Below, in pieces: positions 52,585 through 62,166 of a stretch of DNA of 64,000 nucleotides. The notes under the pieces are model-generated. The model did no database searches. It saw only the letters and a program-made list of their open reading frames with translations, and was not told the DNA's origin. The DNA comes from an uncultured Nitrososphaerota archaeon. Its GTDB lineage: Archaea; Thermoproteota; Nitrososphaeria; Conexivisphaerales; DTJL01. The DNA is taken from positions 32,001 through 96,000 of the forward strand of contig CAWJIE010000003.1 of the NCBI GenBank assembly GCA_963842885.1, read 5' to 3'. Numbering within the stretch: position 1 is the first letter of the stretch; each line of letters starts with the position of its first letter. The position numbers and the translations under genes are program-made.

Positions 52585-53214
52585 GTGAGAGGGTGTTCAG
52601 GCTTGCTATTCATCCAGGTAAAGAAAGCGGGCGACAACTTCTCCTACCTGCTAGCGGACGAGACCACGGAAGAGGTGGCCGTCATCGACCCCAGCAGGAA
52701 TGGGAAGGAGATAGAGAGAATCATCAAGGAGAAGGGCTTCAAGCTTAGGTACATCTTGCTAACGCATCACCATCCGGATCATGTAGGTGACGCGTACGAG
52801 CTGAAAGAGCGCCTCGGCGGGCTCGTGGCGGCCCACAGTCTCTCGAACGCAAAAAAGGATGTGACCCTCGAAGGCGGAGACCTCCTAGAAGTCGGCTCCG
52901 TCCGGCTGGAGATTCTCCACACTCCGGGGCACACCCCCGACAGCATCTCTATTCTGGCCGGCAAGAAGCTGATGACGGGGGATACCCTCTTCGTGGGGGA
53001 GTGCGGGAGGACGGACCTCCCCGGAGGCGACCCCGCGAAGATGTTCGACTCCCTCCTCCGAAAGATATCGGGCCTGGAGGACGACGTGGAAATCTACCCG
53101 GGCCACGACTACGGCCCCAGACCGTCCTCCACCGTGGGGGAGGAGAAGGCGACGAACTTCACCCTGAAGAAGCGGACACTCGGGGAGTTCGTCAGGTTCA
53201 TGGAGGAGCCGTAG
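52585..53214 (+). CDS. MBL-fold metallo-hydrolase (glyoxalase II-like)
   Basis: THHHPDHVG, HTPGHTPDS, TGDTLF..CGRTD, YPGHDY. Confidence 0.93.
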   Translation: MRGCSGLLFIQVKKAGDNFSYLLADETTEEVAVIDPSRNGKEIERIIKEKGFKLRYILLTHHHPDHVGDAYELKERLGGLVAAHSLSNAKKDVTLEGGDLLEVGSVRLEILHTPGHTPDSISILAGKKLMTGDTLFVGECGRTDLPGGDPAKMFDSLLRKISGLEDDVEIYPGHDYGPRPSSTVGEEKATNFTLKKRTLGEFVRFMEEP

Positions 53215-53238
53215 TCATTCTTCGCCCTCTCCGGGGTC

Positions 53239-54195
53239 TCAACTGATCGAATGGTGGGCGACCTCAGGCGTCGCGGCCTCCACGTAGATATGGTGATACC
53301 GGGGGCTGAGGTCCCTTATCGCCTTCTCGATCATGCCGACGACGAGCTCAAGCTCCGCCGTTTTGAGGTCGTCCCGAAACTCCACCTCCAGCCCCAGGAC
53401 TATGTCTTCGGGCCCGAAGTATATCCCCCTCACATCTATAACCGAGACCACCTGGGGGAACCCTTTCAACAAATTCTGGATCTCCGCTATCTGGTGCTTG
53501 CCTATGCCCTCTCCGATAAGGAGGTCCTTACTCTCGAAGGCAAGTATTACCCCGTACACGGCGAGGCTCACCCCTATCACGATGGCCGCAGCGGCGTCGA
53601 AGAACTCGTCCTTCGTAACGTAGGTCAGAGAAACCCCCAGGAGGGCGACCACGACCCCCAGGAGGGCCACTACGTCTTCGAGGAAGGTGGCCAGGATGAC
53701 GGGGTCCTTGGAGACCTGGAAGAAGTGGCGGATGTCCCTGAGGTTGAGGGCGTGGACTCTCCTGTTGATGTGCTGCCGCGTCACGAAGAGGGCCGAGCCT
53801 TCGATGACGGAGATGGCGGCCAAAGACACAATAGTCAACTCGATGTTGTTCAGCTGGGGGGCTCCGCCCAGGCGGGACAACCCTTGGCTGATGGAGAAGG
53901 TGGCCGAGACCCCGAAGACCACGAGCGAAACAATGAACGACCAGAAGAACTGCTCCTTCCCCCTGCCAAAGGGATGCTTGGCTGAGGCCGGGCGGCGGCT
54001 GAGGTTGATGCCTGTGAGGAGGAGGACCTGGTTGACGGTGTCTGAGAGGGAGTGAACGACCTCAGCCATCACTGCGCTGCTCCTGCTGAATAGCGCGACC
54101 AGCAGCTTGACCAGAGCCACCAGGAGGTCGGCCACAAGGGCGGCCTTGACGGGTCGGCTGGCGCTCTCGGTCAAAGAGGGATTGTCCGTGGACAT
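53239..54195 (-). CDS. Cation diffusion facilitator family transporter
   Basis: AEVVHSLSDTVNQ, HPFGRGKE, FLEDVVAL, FDAAAAIVIG, LLIGEG. Confidence 0.92.
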   Translation of the reverse strand: MSTDNPSLTESASRPVKAALVADLLVALVKLLVALFSRSSAVMAEVVHSLSDTVNQVLLLTGINLSRRPASAKHPFGRGKEQFFWSFIVSLVVFGVSATFSISQGLSRLGGAPQLNNIELTIVSLAAISVIEGSALFVTRQHINRRVHALNLRDIRHFFQVSKDPVILATFLEDVVALLGVVVALLGVSLTYVTKDEFFDAAAAIVIGVSLAVYGVILAFESKDLLIGEGIGKHQIAEIQNLLKGFPQVVSVIDVRGIYFGPEDIVLGLEVEFRDDLKTAELELVVGMIEKAIRDLSPRYHHIYVEAATPEVAHHSIS

Positions 54196-54276
54196 GCCTT
54201 GCGGGGGGTGTCCTTGCCCGTCGGCCTGAATCCTCGATGCCAGGGCTACCTCCGATTCTTCTATGTCCGTTTTGAA

Positions 54277-54624
54277 TCACCTTTCTAAACCCAGGTGCCC
54301 TTCCCTCACCAACACGAAGGTCCCCTTGGAGGTCGCGGTCACCGCGTCATCGGCGTGAATGGTGGTCCTGACGGCCACTCGATTCCCCCAATGGTGGGTC
54401 ATCCTCGATTCTAGGTTAAGCACCCTGTCGATGGAGGTAGGCTTGTGGACGAAGACAGAATGCTCGGCAGTGACCGTCGCCTGAGGCCCGCCCAGCTTTT
54501 TCGATTTCATCAGGAAGTGGGCCGCGGCCCAGTTGCCGTCGGAGTCGAAGAGCACCCCGATTGTCCCTCCGTTCAGGTAGCCTTCGAAGGCGAGGAACAG
54601 CGGGTTAGGCCTCCAGTTGGCCAC
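54277..54624 (-). CDS. PaaI/hotdog thioesterase-like protein, possibly truncated
   Basis: FEGYLNGGTIGVLFDSDGNWAA, TVTAE, SKGTFVLVREGH. Confidence 0.6.
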   Translation of the reverse strand: MANWRPNPLFLAFEGYLNGGTIGVLFDSDGNWAAAHFLMKSKKLGGPQATVTAEHSVFVHKPTSIDRVLNLESRMTHHWGNRVAVRTTIHADDAVTATSKGTFVLVREGHLGLER

Positions 54625-54757
54625 TTCCCTGACCCCGCCTCCCAGCCCTTAATGTGGAGCCCCGCGCTGTTGGCAGAGCTGCAACTGAAGCGGACGCTGT
54701 TCGGGGCGTCCTGTCCTGAAGGCCGATTTCAGGCATGAGGTAGACTAGGGGGACGGG

Positions 54758-55086
54758 CTATTTTAACGTAGGAAACAGCGGTAGGCCGTCCCTGATTGGC
54801 CTTCCTCTGCGCGAGCTCTCCATCCACCAAGATGAGCCCGACGCTCATGTCGGCCACCATCCTGAGCCTCTGCACGATCTCGTCCACCTGCTCCCCGACG
54901 AACCACTAGAGCAAGTTGAAGGTAGCATTGTCCCTCTCCGCGCTGGCAAGGCTCACCAGCTCGTCGATCATCGCTGTCACCTTCACCTCGTGCGTGTGGG
55001 CTGCCTCCACCACGGCGAGGGGCGATGCCCACGGAAATCGGCTCGTCGAGGGCTAGTGGGAGGTCGGCCTCCTGGATCTTCCCCAT
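54758..55086 (-). pseudogene. Ferritin C-terminal remnant
   Basis: Manual frame WASPLAVVEAAHTHEVKVTAMIDELVSLASAERDNATFNLL*WFVGEQVDE. TAG at 54906-54908 replaces Q of LQWF; N-terminal half missing. Confidence 0.7.
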
Positions 55087-55132
55087 GTCTGCCGACTAGG
55101 TTCGCGCCCGATGAGCCATGTCTCTCCCAAGA

Positions 55133-55564
55133 CTACTCCAGGCTCAGATACAGGAAGATGGTATATGCCATCACCATGAAGATGTCCGCCGTCGAAAGGA
55201 ACTCTCCTGGCCCTATGGGAATCGGTCCTGCCCTCACGAGCACCAGCGGATACGAGATCAGGGAGTGCAGGAGCAGAACGCCCAGCATAACCACCAACCC
55301 CAGAGAGAAGTTTGCCTTCGTCTCACTGTACATCTTGACATAGACCACGATGAGAGCGACCAGCAGTGCCACGCTGGTGGTCGAAAGTATGACACGGAAT
55401 GTCAGCACTGGGTCGAGGATGTTGAACGGCGGCGGACGGAACCCGAAGCCGATCCCTCTCATCTGATCAAAGATGGAAAGGAAGATGCCAGCGGCTATGC
55501 CGACCACCAGCACCATCAGCACAGTGAGAAGGCCGCCGTGTCCCTTCTTCTCAACTTTTGCCAT
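55133..55564 (-). CDS. 4-TM membrane protein coupled to the ArsR-like regulator
   Basis: GAGGAGGTGA SD, four TMs, KANFSLGLVV; overlaps the regulator's end. Confidence 0.75.
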   Translation of the reverse strand: MAKVEKKGHGGLLTVLMVLVVGIAAGIFLSIFDQMRGIGFGFRPPPFNILDPVLTFRVILSTTSVALLVALIVVYVKMYSETKANFSLGLVVMLGVLLLHSLISYPLVLVRAGPIPIGPGEFLSTADIFMVMAYTIFLYLSLE

Positions 55565-55883
55565 TTCCGGTTTCACCTCCTCGCCTGGCGCGGCCTGTCT
55601 TTTCAAGGATGGATTCAAGGCCTTTCCAGTGGAACTCCATGGCATCAGAGACGAAGTAGATCCTTCCGTACTTGTCACCCTCGGCCACCACGATGCCGTT
55701 CTTCTCCAGGACCTTCAGATGATGCCTCACCGTGGTGTAGTCCAGACCCAGCTCCTGGGAGAGCTGAAGGGCATTCCTCGGCTGCTCCTTGATAGCCAGA
55801 AGCACCAGGACCCTCGTCTTCCCTCCTGCGCTCCCGGCGAAGAGCCACCACAGAAGGCGCTCGAATGCGTCCAAGACCGCCAA
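55551..55883 (-). CDS. ArsR-like winged-helix transcriptional regulator
   Basis: LLWWLFAGSAGGKTRVLVL, PRNALQLSQELGLDYTTVRHHLKVLEKNG, YGRIYF. Confidence 0.88.
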   Translation of the reverse strand: MAVLDAFERLLWWLFAGSAGGKTRVLVLLAIKEQPRNALQLSQELGLDYTTVRHHLKVLEKNGIVVAEGDKYGRIYFVSDAMEFHWKGLESILEKTGRARRGGETGNGKS

Positions 55884-56018
55884 GATTCAACCGAGGCCCC
55901 GAAATAACGATATCGTCGGCCGAGGGCTCGGGACTCTCCAGCCTCAACGGGAAAAGCAGCCTGATTGCGGAGGCCGAAGACAGGTCGAAACCGCCGTGCC
56001 CGAAGTGCGAAGCCAAAG

Positions 56019-56171
56019 TCATATGGCCCCCGCCACCAGATATGAAGCTAGAATGACAAGGGAGAAGCCCCCTAGTATGACCAGGTTGGAGCCCAGCCTG
56101 ACGGCGAAGTCCAGCACTCCCAGGCTCATGTCCAGCAGATCGCACCCGGCCCTGCGCAGAAGCTCCGACAA
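56019..56171 (-). CDS. Putative 50-aa membrane microprotein
   Basis: Manual translation MSELLRRAGCDLLDMSLGVLDFAVRLGSNLVILGGFSLVILASYLVAGAI, about 35 nt downstream of the motif copy B TATA. Confidence 0.5.
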   Translation of the reverse strand: MSELLRRAGCDLLDMSLGVLDFAVRLGSNLVILGGFSLVILASYLVAGAI

Positions 56172-56204
56172 GCCAGTCAGGAGAATACACCCTCCTCGGA
56201 CGAT

Positions 56205-56236
56205 ATATAACGGATTTCCACAAAGGTTCCCTAATC
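56205..56236 (-). promoter_or_regulatory. 32-bp operator+BRE/TATA motif, copy B
   Basis: Reverse complement GATTAGGGAACCTTTGTGGAAATCCGTTATAT. Confidence 0.75.
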
Positions 56237-56332
56237 GTTAGCAAGGCGCGCTAGACACTTGAAGGGCGGATGCCAGCGCCTCTGACCGTGTGCGCCGGCG
56301 CCGGGCCGTGTATTACCTACGGGGTTGGTAGA

Positions 56333-56364
56333 GATTATGGAGTCATTCCGGAAATTCGTTAAAT
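56333..56364 (+). promoter_or_regulatory. 32-bp operator+BRE/TATA motif, copy D
   Basis: GATTATGGAGTCATTCCGGAAATTCGTTAAAT, upstream of the ABC permease. Confidence 0.7.
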
Positions 56365-56491
56365 GCCATCTGATTGTCGGTCACTCGTAGCGTGAACTTC
56401 TTTGTCCGTCAGCAGATCGGTGATTGAAGATAGCATGGTATTCCCAGTATTCTCTGGTGCGGCGCTGAGCACGAGAGGGCGGTAGGTCGCA

Positions 56492-57775
56492 TTGTCGTCA
56501 TGGAATCTGGCCGTTAGAAGCCTGAGACAGAGAAGGACGAGAACTGCCCTCACCGTCTCCGGCATAGTGGTGGGCGTGGCCATGATACTCGTGCTCCTGT
56601 CTCTGGCCGCTGGCACGTCTGCGCAGACCAGCGGCCTTCTGAGGAATCTCGTCGGGGCGGAGATTACGGTGGCGAATGACACCACCCCCTCATTCAACGC
56701 GACAGTGTTTACTGGGTCCGGAGGCAGAGGTCTTGGAGGCGGTGGGTTCGGAGGTGGATCTGGAGGTTTCGGATTCCAGCAGATATTCGGGTCCGGCAAT
56801 ACGCTCCCTGATACGGTGACCGAAGAGATCGGAAACATAACTGGCGTCACGGCCGTTACGGGGCAGCTGTCGACCAGCGGATCCATCAATGGCAGCCCCG
56901 TCTTCCTTTACGGGATTGACCCCGCGACCTATTCCGAAGCCACTAACGGGCTGAACATCGCCAACGGAACCTCCCTAAATCCCTCGTCCCAGGAGAACCA
57001 GATCGTCCTAGAAAGCACGCTGGCTTCGAACCTCAACGTGTCCGTAGGGGATACGGTCACGGTGGGTTCCAACTCCACAGATGAAACGAACTATACGGTA
57101 GTGGGCCTCTATTCGGCGGGTACCACCTTCGGAGCGAGCGCCAGGTCGGGGTACATTACGCTGGCGAACGCCCAGAGCATAGCCAACGAAACGGGACAGG
57201 TTTCGGAGATTTACGTCAAGGCCACCAGCCCCAACCTTGTGCAGAGCCTTGCCTCCATAATCTCCTCCACAATCTCGGGGATCAGGGTGACCACGGCCAA
57301 CAGCGTCACCGGCACGGCTTCCACCCTCTCCAGCACCCTGGGCACCTTCTTCACGGTCATAGGGCTCGTGGCCCTGCTGGCTGGTGGGTTCGGAGTCGTG
57401 AACACGATGATGATGTCGATAAGTGAAAGGACGCGCGAAATCGGGACTCTCATGGCCATCGGCGCCAAGAAGGCTCAGGTTATGAAAATCTTCATGAGCG
57501 AAGCCGTCATCATCGGAGTGATGGGCGGTCTCGTTGGTGCGGGCGTAGGCGCGGTGGTGACCTACGTGATCCCCTCGTTCACGGGAAGCGCCGCGAGGGG
57601 AGGACTTGGCCCCGGGGCCGCGGGACTGTTCAGCGGCCAGCTCGCCCCTACGCTAACTCCCTTCAACCTGCTCCTGAGCTTCGGGCTTGGGACCTTGGTG
57701 GGTATCCTTGCCGGCCTCTACCCGGCATGGCGTGCGACGAGGATGGATCCTGTGGAGGCGCTGAGACATGTCTGA
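56492..57775 (+). CDS. MacB/FtsX-like ABC transporter permease
   Basis: RRTRTALTVSGIVVGVA, large extracytoplasmic domain, NTMMMSISERTREIGTLMAIGA, GLYPAWRATRMDPVEALR. Confidence 0.93.
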   Translation: MSSWNLAVRSLRQRRTRTALTVSGIVVGVAMILVLLSLAAGTSAQTSGLLRNLVGAEITVANDTTPSFNATVFTGSGGRGLGGGGFGGGSGGFGFQQIFGSGNTLPDTVTEEIGNITGVTAVTGQLSTSGSINGSPVFLYGIDPATYSEATNGLNIANGTSLNPSSQENQIVLESTLASNLNVSVGDTVTVGSNSTDETNYTVVGLYSAGTTFGASARSGYITLANAQSIANETGQVSEIYVKATSPNLVQSLASIISSTISGIRVTTANSVTGTASTLSSTLGTFFTVIGLVALLAGGFGVVNTMMMSISERTREIGTLMAIGAKKAQVMKIFMSEAVIIGVMGGLVGAGVGAVVTYVIPSFTGSAARGGLGPGAAGLFSGQLAPTLTPFNLLLSFGLGTLVGILAGLYPAWRATRMDPVEALRHV

Positions 57776-58517
57776 GAACGTCGTCGAGACAGAGCGCGTC
57801 GCCAAGCAGTACCAGCGCGGCAAGATCCCCGTCGCGGCCTTGAATGGGGTGAACATGAGGGTCCGGCGCGGCGAGATCGTCGGGATCATAGGCCCCTCGG
57901 GGTCGGGGAAGACGACGCTCCTCAACCTGATTGGGGGGTTGGACACGCCCTCCCAGGGCAAGGTGGTGGTCGACGGGGTGGACCTGGGCCAACTCGGGGA
58001 TTCCGAGCTGGCCGAATACCGCCTGAAGAAGGTCGGTTTCATCTTCCAGTTCTACAACCTGATATCGACACTCTCCGCCCTCGAAAATGTGAAGCTGCCC
58101 ATGGCTCTGGCCAACGTTCCGAAGAAGGATCAGGACGACCGCGCCCGGGACCTCCTGAAAACGGTGGGGCTGGGAGACAGGCTCCACCACAGGCCCGACG
58201 AGCTCAGCGGCGGCGAGCAGCAGAGGGTGGCCGTGGCGAGGGCTCTTGCGAACGGGCCTTCGGTCATACTTGCCGATGAGCCCACTGGGGACCTGGATTC
58301 GAAGTCGGCGAAGAGGCTGATGGACCTGATCAAGGAGCTGCGCAAGGACCAGAAGGTGACGTTCGTCATGGTCACCCACGACCCCATAGTCATCGCCCAG
58401 TGCGACAGGGCCTACGCCGTCAGGGACGGGAAGGTTACCCACGAGCTGTCGTCGAAGGAGCTGGAGAGCGCCATGCTGTCGGACAAATACAACAGGGCCC
58501 TAGACGGCATCTACTGA
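57768..58517 (+). CDS. ABC transporter ATP-binding protein (LolD/MacB-like)
   Basis: GPSGSGKTT, LSGGEQQRVAVARALAN, ADEPTG, VTHD. Confidence 0.95.
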   Translation: MSENVVETERVAKQYQRGKIPVAALNGVNMRVRRGEIVGIIGPSGSGKTTLLNLIGGLDTPSQGKVVVDGVDLGQLGDSELAEYRLKKVGFIFQFYNLISTLSALENVKLPMALANVPKKDQDDRARDLLKTVGLGDRLHHRPDELSGGEQQRVAVARALANGPSVILADEPTGDLDSKSAKRLMDLIKELRKDQKVTFVMVTHDPIVIAQCDRAYAVRDGKVTHELSSKELESAMLSDKYNRALDGIY

Positions 58518-58617
58518 CCCACTCCTTGGTTGCAAGACACTCCTAGGGCATCTTTTTCGTTTCAGTAATGCGTCAGCCAGCGGACCGACTGAAGGCACTC
58601 TGTACCTTCTCTCTAAC

Positions 58618-58649
58618 GATTATGGAGCATTTCCGGAAATCCGATAAAT
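58618..58649 (+). promoter_or_regulatory. 32-bp operator+BRE/TATA motif, copy C
   Basis: GATTATGGAGCATTTCCGGAAATCCGATAAAT. Confidence 0.75.
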
Positions 58650-58825
58650 AGCTTGCAACGGAACTTTGCACTGACGAACTGATTGCAAGAGCTGGTGAGA
58701 AGGAGTTGGGCTCTCCCGGAAGTGTCCGGCCCGGTCGCTGAAGCGACGGCGTTTGGGCCGGACCTCCCCCGGGGGAGAAGACATAGTCCCTACTCGTACA
58801 TCGCTTTCTTTCGGGAGGAGATTCC

Positions 58826-59182
58826 TTGACTGAGACCCCGAACCGGGCTTTCTCGTCCGATGAGGGAGCAATGGTGCGCATCGAGGAGATGGCAAGGGTC
58901 GCATGCGGGGGTGCAATCGGGAGCCTCCTGCTCCTGGTCTTCGGCGTGGCGCTACCGCTCGTCGGCCAAGCCCTAGCATCCTCGGCTGCCCCTGTGGTGG
59001 CCTACGTCGCTCTGGCTGAGCTGCTGACGGCGGGGTACGTACAGGAAAAGGACACCATCATTCGTCATGGACTCGTTTTTACGGCGGGCGTGACCTTCGG
59101 GCTCCTCTTGGGCGCGGATTGGCTAGGACTTGTGGTCGCCGTAGCGGCATATTGTCTTGTGACCGTCCTGAGGTTCGGGTAG
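58826..59182 (+). CDS. Small polytopic membrane protein
   Basis: 118 aa with 3-4 hydrophobic segments. Confidence 0.6.
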   Translation: MTETPNRAFSSDEGAMVRIEEMARVACGGAIGSLLLLVFGVALPLVGQALASSAAPVVAYVALAELLTAGYVQEKDTIIRHGLVFTAGVTFGLLLGADWLGLVVAVAAYCLVTVLRFG

Positions 59183-59785
59183 CTCCCTAGTGAATCTCGT
59201 ACTAGGCAAGGAAAGCGAACTCTGGACATGCTGTATTCAGAGCTGGGGGACTAGTCAGACCCAAGCAATCGTGCAAGGGAAATGCACTGGAGAATGCCCA
59301 CTCAGATCTGCCGCCCACATACCATCCAGCACTCGGGACAGAGCAGGCTGCGCCGGATAGGCTCCTCAGACGGCATGGAAGTTGTCAGAGACCCTGAGGT
59401 CTGAGCCGCATTGGCGGCAGCGACGGTCATCCCAGCTTCCCCCACGATATCATCCGGAAGTCTCTTCCCCCCAGTCGCACACATTCGTACAGTATTACAG
59501 TATGAATGAGTACTTGGTGAACCTCATCGGCCCGCTGACGACGAGCTAATGAAATCCGGTCTGGGGCATCGTTCGAACACGTCCCGTACGAATAGCCCTT
59601 CTAATCAGATGTTGGCCATTTCGCAACACGACGAGAGCCTGGTGCCATGCCGGGATGGAAGGACATCTCCAGGAGAATCGACCATCTGAGGGTTCGGAGG
59701 TCGTCAAGAAGGTCACCGCCATCCTCCCTTGGCACGGCGTCGATGCGAAAGCATAACTATCTGGGCTGGATTGTAATGGTCGACG

Positions 59786-60670
59786 ATGCCTTCTAGCGTC
59801 CTTTACTTCCCGAAGTCGAACATCAGGGAGCAGGTGGCGGCCAGCGTGGACGCCTCCATCAGCGAGGCCATCGGCGAGAAGGCGTGGCGGGAGCTCAGGA
59901 GGGAGCTCCTCGACCTCTACGGCCTAGAGCCGGGGGACATCGTCTACGACCAAGAGCGGTTCGTGGAGTCGGTGGGCGTGCTCCTGGGCAGGCATCCCTC
60001 CGTTGTGCTCTATCCCCTCGTCCTCGCGCACTTGAAGGGTTCCTTCCCAGAGGCGCTGAACGACGCCGAGTCCATCCAGGACGTCCCGCAGAAGATGGAG
60101 GCCATCGACCTCTCTCTACAGGTCCAGAACGCCGTCATGGAGAAGGTGGGCCCTGGAGACCATGTCCTGGTCCTCTGCGACAACCTCAACATGAAAGAGC
60201 AGGTCGTGCGGTGGTTCTGCCGTGCGGCGGGTGAGAAGGGGGAGATGTTCGTGCTGATCACCGGTAACCCCTATGGCTCCAGCACGTCTGGGACCCTCGA
60301 CATCAGGGAGCTCGTGGACGAGGTCCACAGGACCTCCAGCTATCAGCTGAGCGTCAGGAAGGTCTTCTTCGAGGGGTATGAGTTCAGCGACCTGACAGCC
60401 ATCGAGACCCTCCAGGGGCTTGCGGAGGAGGCCGTCAAGAAGGGGTTCAGGGGGATCAGGCTGGTCATGGACACAGCGGACCTGCTGAAGTTCGGCGAGG
60501 ACGAAGGGTTGATGAGGCTCGAGAAGGCGCTGGGTAGCAGGCTTCCCTTCAACGCGGTGTTCCTTTGCACCTTCGACAGCAAGCAGTTCCAGGGCAAGGA
60601 GGGCCTCAGGGAAACGCTCATAGGGTGCCATTCGCTTCTAATCCTTCCCGAAGGGTACATGCTTCCCTAG
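59786..60670 (+). CDS. MEDS-domain sensory protein with N-terminal NitrOD5-like helical domain
   Basis: N-terminal ISEAIGEKAW..FVESVGVLLG. MEDS part PGDHVLVL, KKGFRGIRLVMD, MRLEKAL, FLCTFD, GCHS. Confidence 0.75.
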   Translation: MPSSVLYFPKSNIREQVAASVDASISEAIGEKAWRELRRELLDLYGLEPGDIVYDQERFVESVGVLLGRHPSVVLYPLVLAHLKGSFPEALNDAESIQDVPQKMEAIDLSLQVQNAVMEKVGPGDHVLVLCDNLNMKEQVVRWFCRAAGEKGEMFVLITGNPYGSSTSGTLDIRELVDEVHRTSSYQLSVRKVFFEGYEFSDLTAIETLQGLAEEAVKKGFRGIRLVMDTADLLKFGEDEGLMRLEKALGSRLPFNAVFLCTFDSKQFQGKEGLRETLIGCHSLLILPEGYMLP

Positions 60671-60818
60671 GCTGACGGGGAACCATTCAAGTGCCTCTGG
60701 CCAGGGGAGGGCCTTCCCGACGAACGGATGATGTCTGGAAGATCTTGGCGCTGTGGCTCCCACTCTCATGCGATATGGGTCATTAGACTTAATAGCGCGG
60801 ATTACATAACGTCCCCTG

Positions 60819-61211
60819 ATGAGGGGTCAAGAGGATTCCTCCCCCTCGCAGCCAGATATCGACGATGATGTCGACCTAGGGGGACCCATCGGCCGCGCGT
60901 CTGTTAAGGTCCACTGCACCCACGAGAAGACAAGGACCGACAAGACGCACAGCGGCAACTTCCTGGTATTGCGGACTGTCTGCGAGAGTTGTGGAAGGAT
61001 CGTGAACGAGGAGAATATCCTCTTGGGCCTCGAGCATTCGCGCTGCCCCGTCGACCCTCGGTTGGACCGGTGTTTGCTATCGTGCCCTGTAGAAGATGGT
61101 TCGGTCGGTGTCTTCGAGAACCCCTGCGAACCCGTAAGGAATGCCATGGAGACCGTCGGCTTCATGGCAATCGCTCCCAGCCCTCCCGAACGAGAATCGC
61201 CTGAGAAGTAG
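60819..61211 (+). CDS. Cys-rich putative zinc-binding hypothetical protein
   Basis: HCTH...CESCG, then CP..RC..CP..PC. TATA cttaata upstream. Confidence 0.6.
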   Translation: MRGQEDSSPSQPDIDDDVDLGGPIGRASVKVHCTHEKTRTDKTHSGNFLVLRTVCESCGRIVNEENILLGLEHSRCPVDPRLDRCLLSCPVEDGSVGVFENPCEPVRNAMETVGFMAIAPSPPERESPEK

Positions 61212-61566
61212 TCGCGGTCAATAGGTCAATGCTTCTAAGACCCAGCCTGAAACTCAAGGGCCGTCAACCATCGCAGACCACCCTAGGAAAAGAGGGAAAG
61301 GGATGACAAGTCGCGGGCGTGATGCCCGCCCACAGCCTCCTGCCCAGCTTCGACGCCGTCTTCCAGATTATGGAAGGCGAAGTGTCCCTGATGGCGAGGA
61401 GCGAAAACCTGATGAAGATCGATTCGGCCTCCCTCATCGCCGTCCTTCGTGCCGGCAAGGATTCATCGTACAACAGTCCTCCACCCTAAGGGAGAAAACT
61501 TGATCGGACAAGGCATTCAACCGCGCGCTGAATCTTGCGAGCTCAGGTTCCAGACCCGGGTCCCCG

Positions 61567-61986
61567 ATGAGCTCAACACTAATAAGTTTCGAATTCGCCG
61601 GCAAGATGATGGACACTTCAGTCGTCCGTCCGCGTCGCAACTTTGCGTTCATCGCCTCGATCGTCGGAGGTGTATTGGTCTGCGTAGACTACATCGCCGT
61701 CTTGGTCGTGATCGCAACGCTTCCCCCTGGCGACGCTTCCGGCCTGAGCGCCCTCCCTCTTGTGCTTCTAGGCCTGGCATGCGGCTTAGCGATGGTCGCC
61801 AGCTCATATCTTGGCCGGTCCAGCAGCGAAAGGAAATGGCCCTACATCCTGCTAGGCTCGTCCCTCCTTACTCTCTTCCTCCCCCTCCTGAGCGTCATCT
61901 CCTCGGTGGGCGCCGTACTTGGAACGGCAGCTGCTACATACCTGCTTTCGAAGAGGAGGATGCAGCCCACGGTCAAGAGTGCCTGA
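61567..61986 (+). CDS. 4-TM hypothetical membrane protein
   Basis: Four hydrophobic segments. Confidence 0.65.
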   Translation: MSSTLISFEFAGKMMDTSVVRPRRNFAFIASIVGGVLVCVDYIAVLVVIATLPPGDASGLSALPLVLLGLACGLAMVASSYLGRSSSERKWPYILLGSSLLTLFLPLLSVISSVGAVLGTAAATYLLSKRRMQPTVKSA

Positions 61987-62166
61987 ACCCAGAAGATCTG
62001 CCTCAGGCCATCAACTCATGCTGTCTGTAGGGGCTAGAACGTTCCAAGTCTGGTCGGATGGCGTCTCCGCTTCGATTCCCCCCTCAGCTTCGCATCCCTC
62101 AAAGAGTTCGGGTTCAGGCTCGAACTTCTTCGTCTGCAACCATGCACCGAGAGGAAATGACTTCTG

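Noticed and set aside
59302-59484. Small ORF ending in LLCPECW (zinc-ribbon-like)
   Set aside because: The first Cys pair is incomplete and there is no convincing start; insufficient support.
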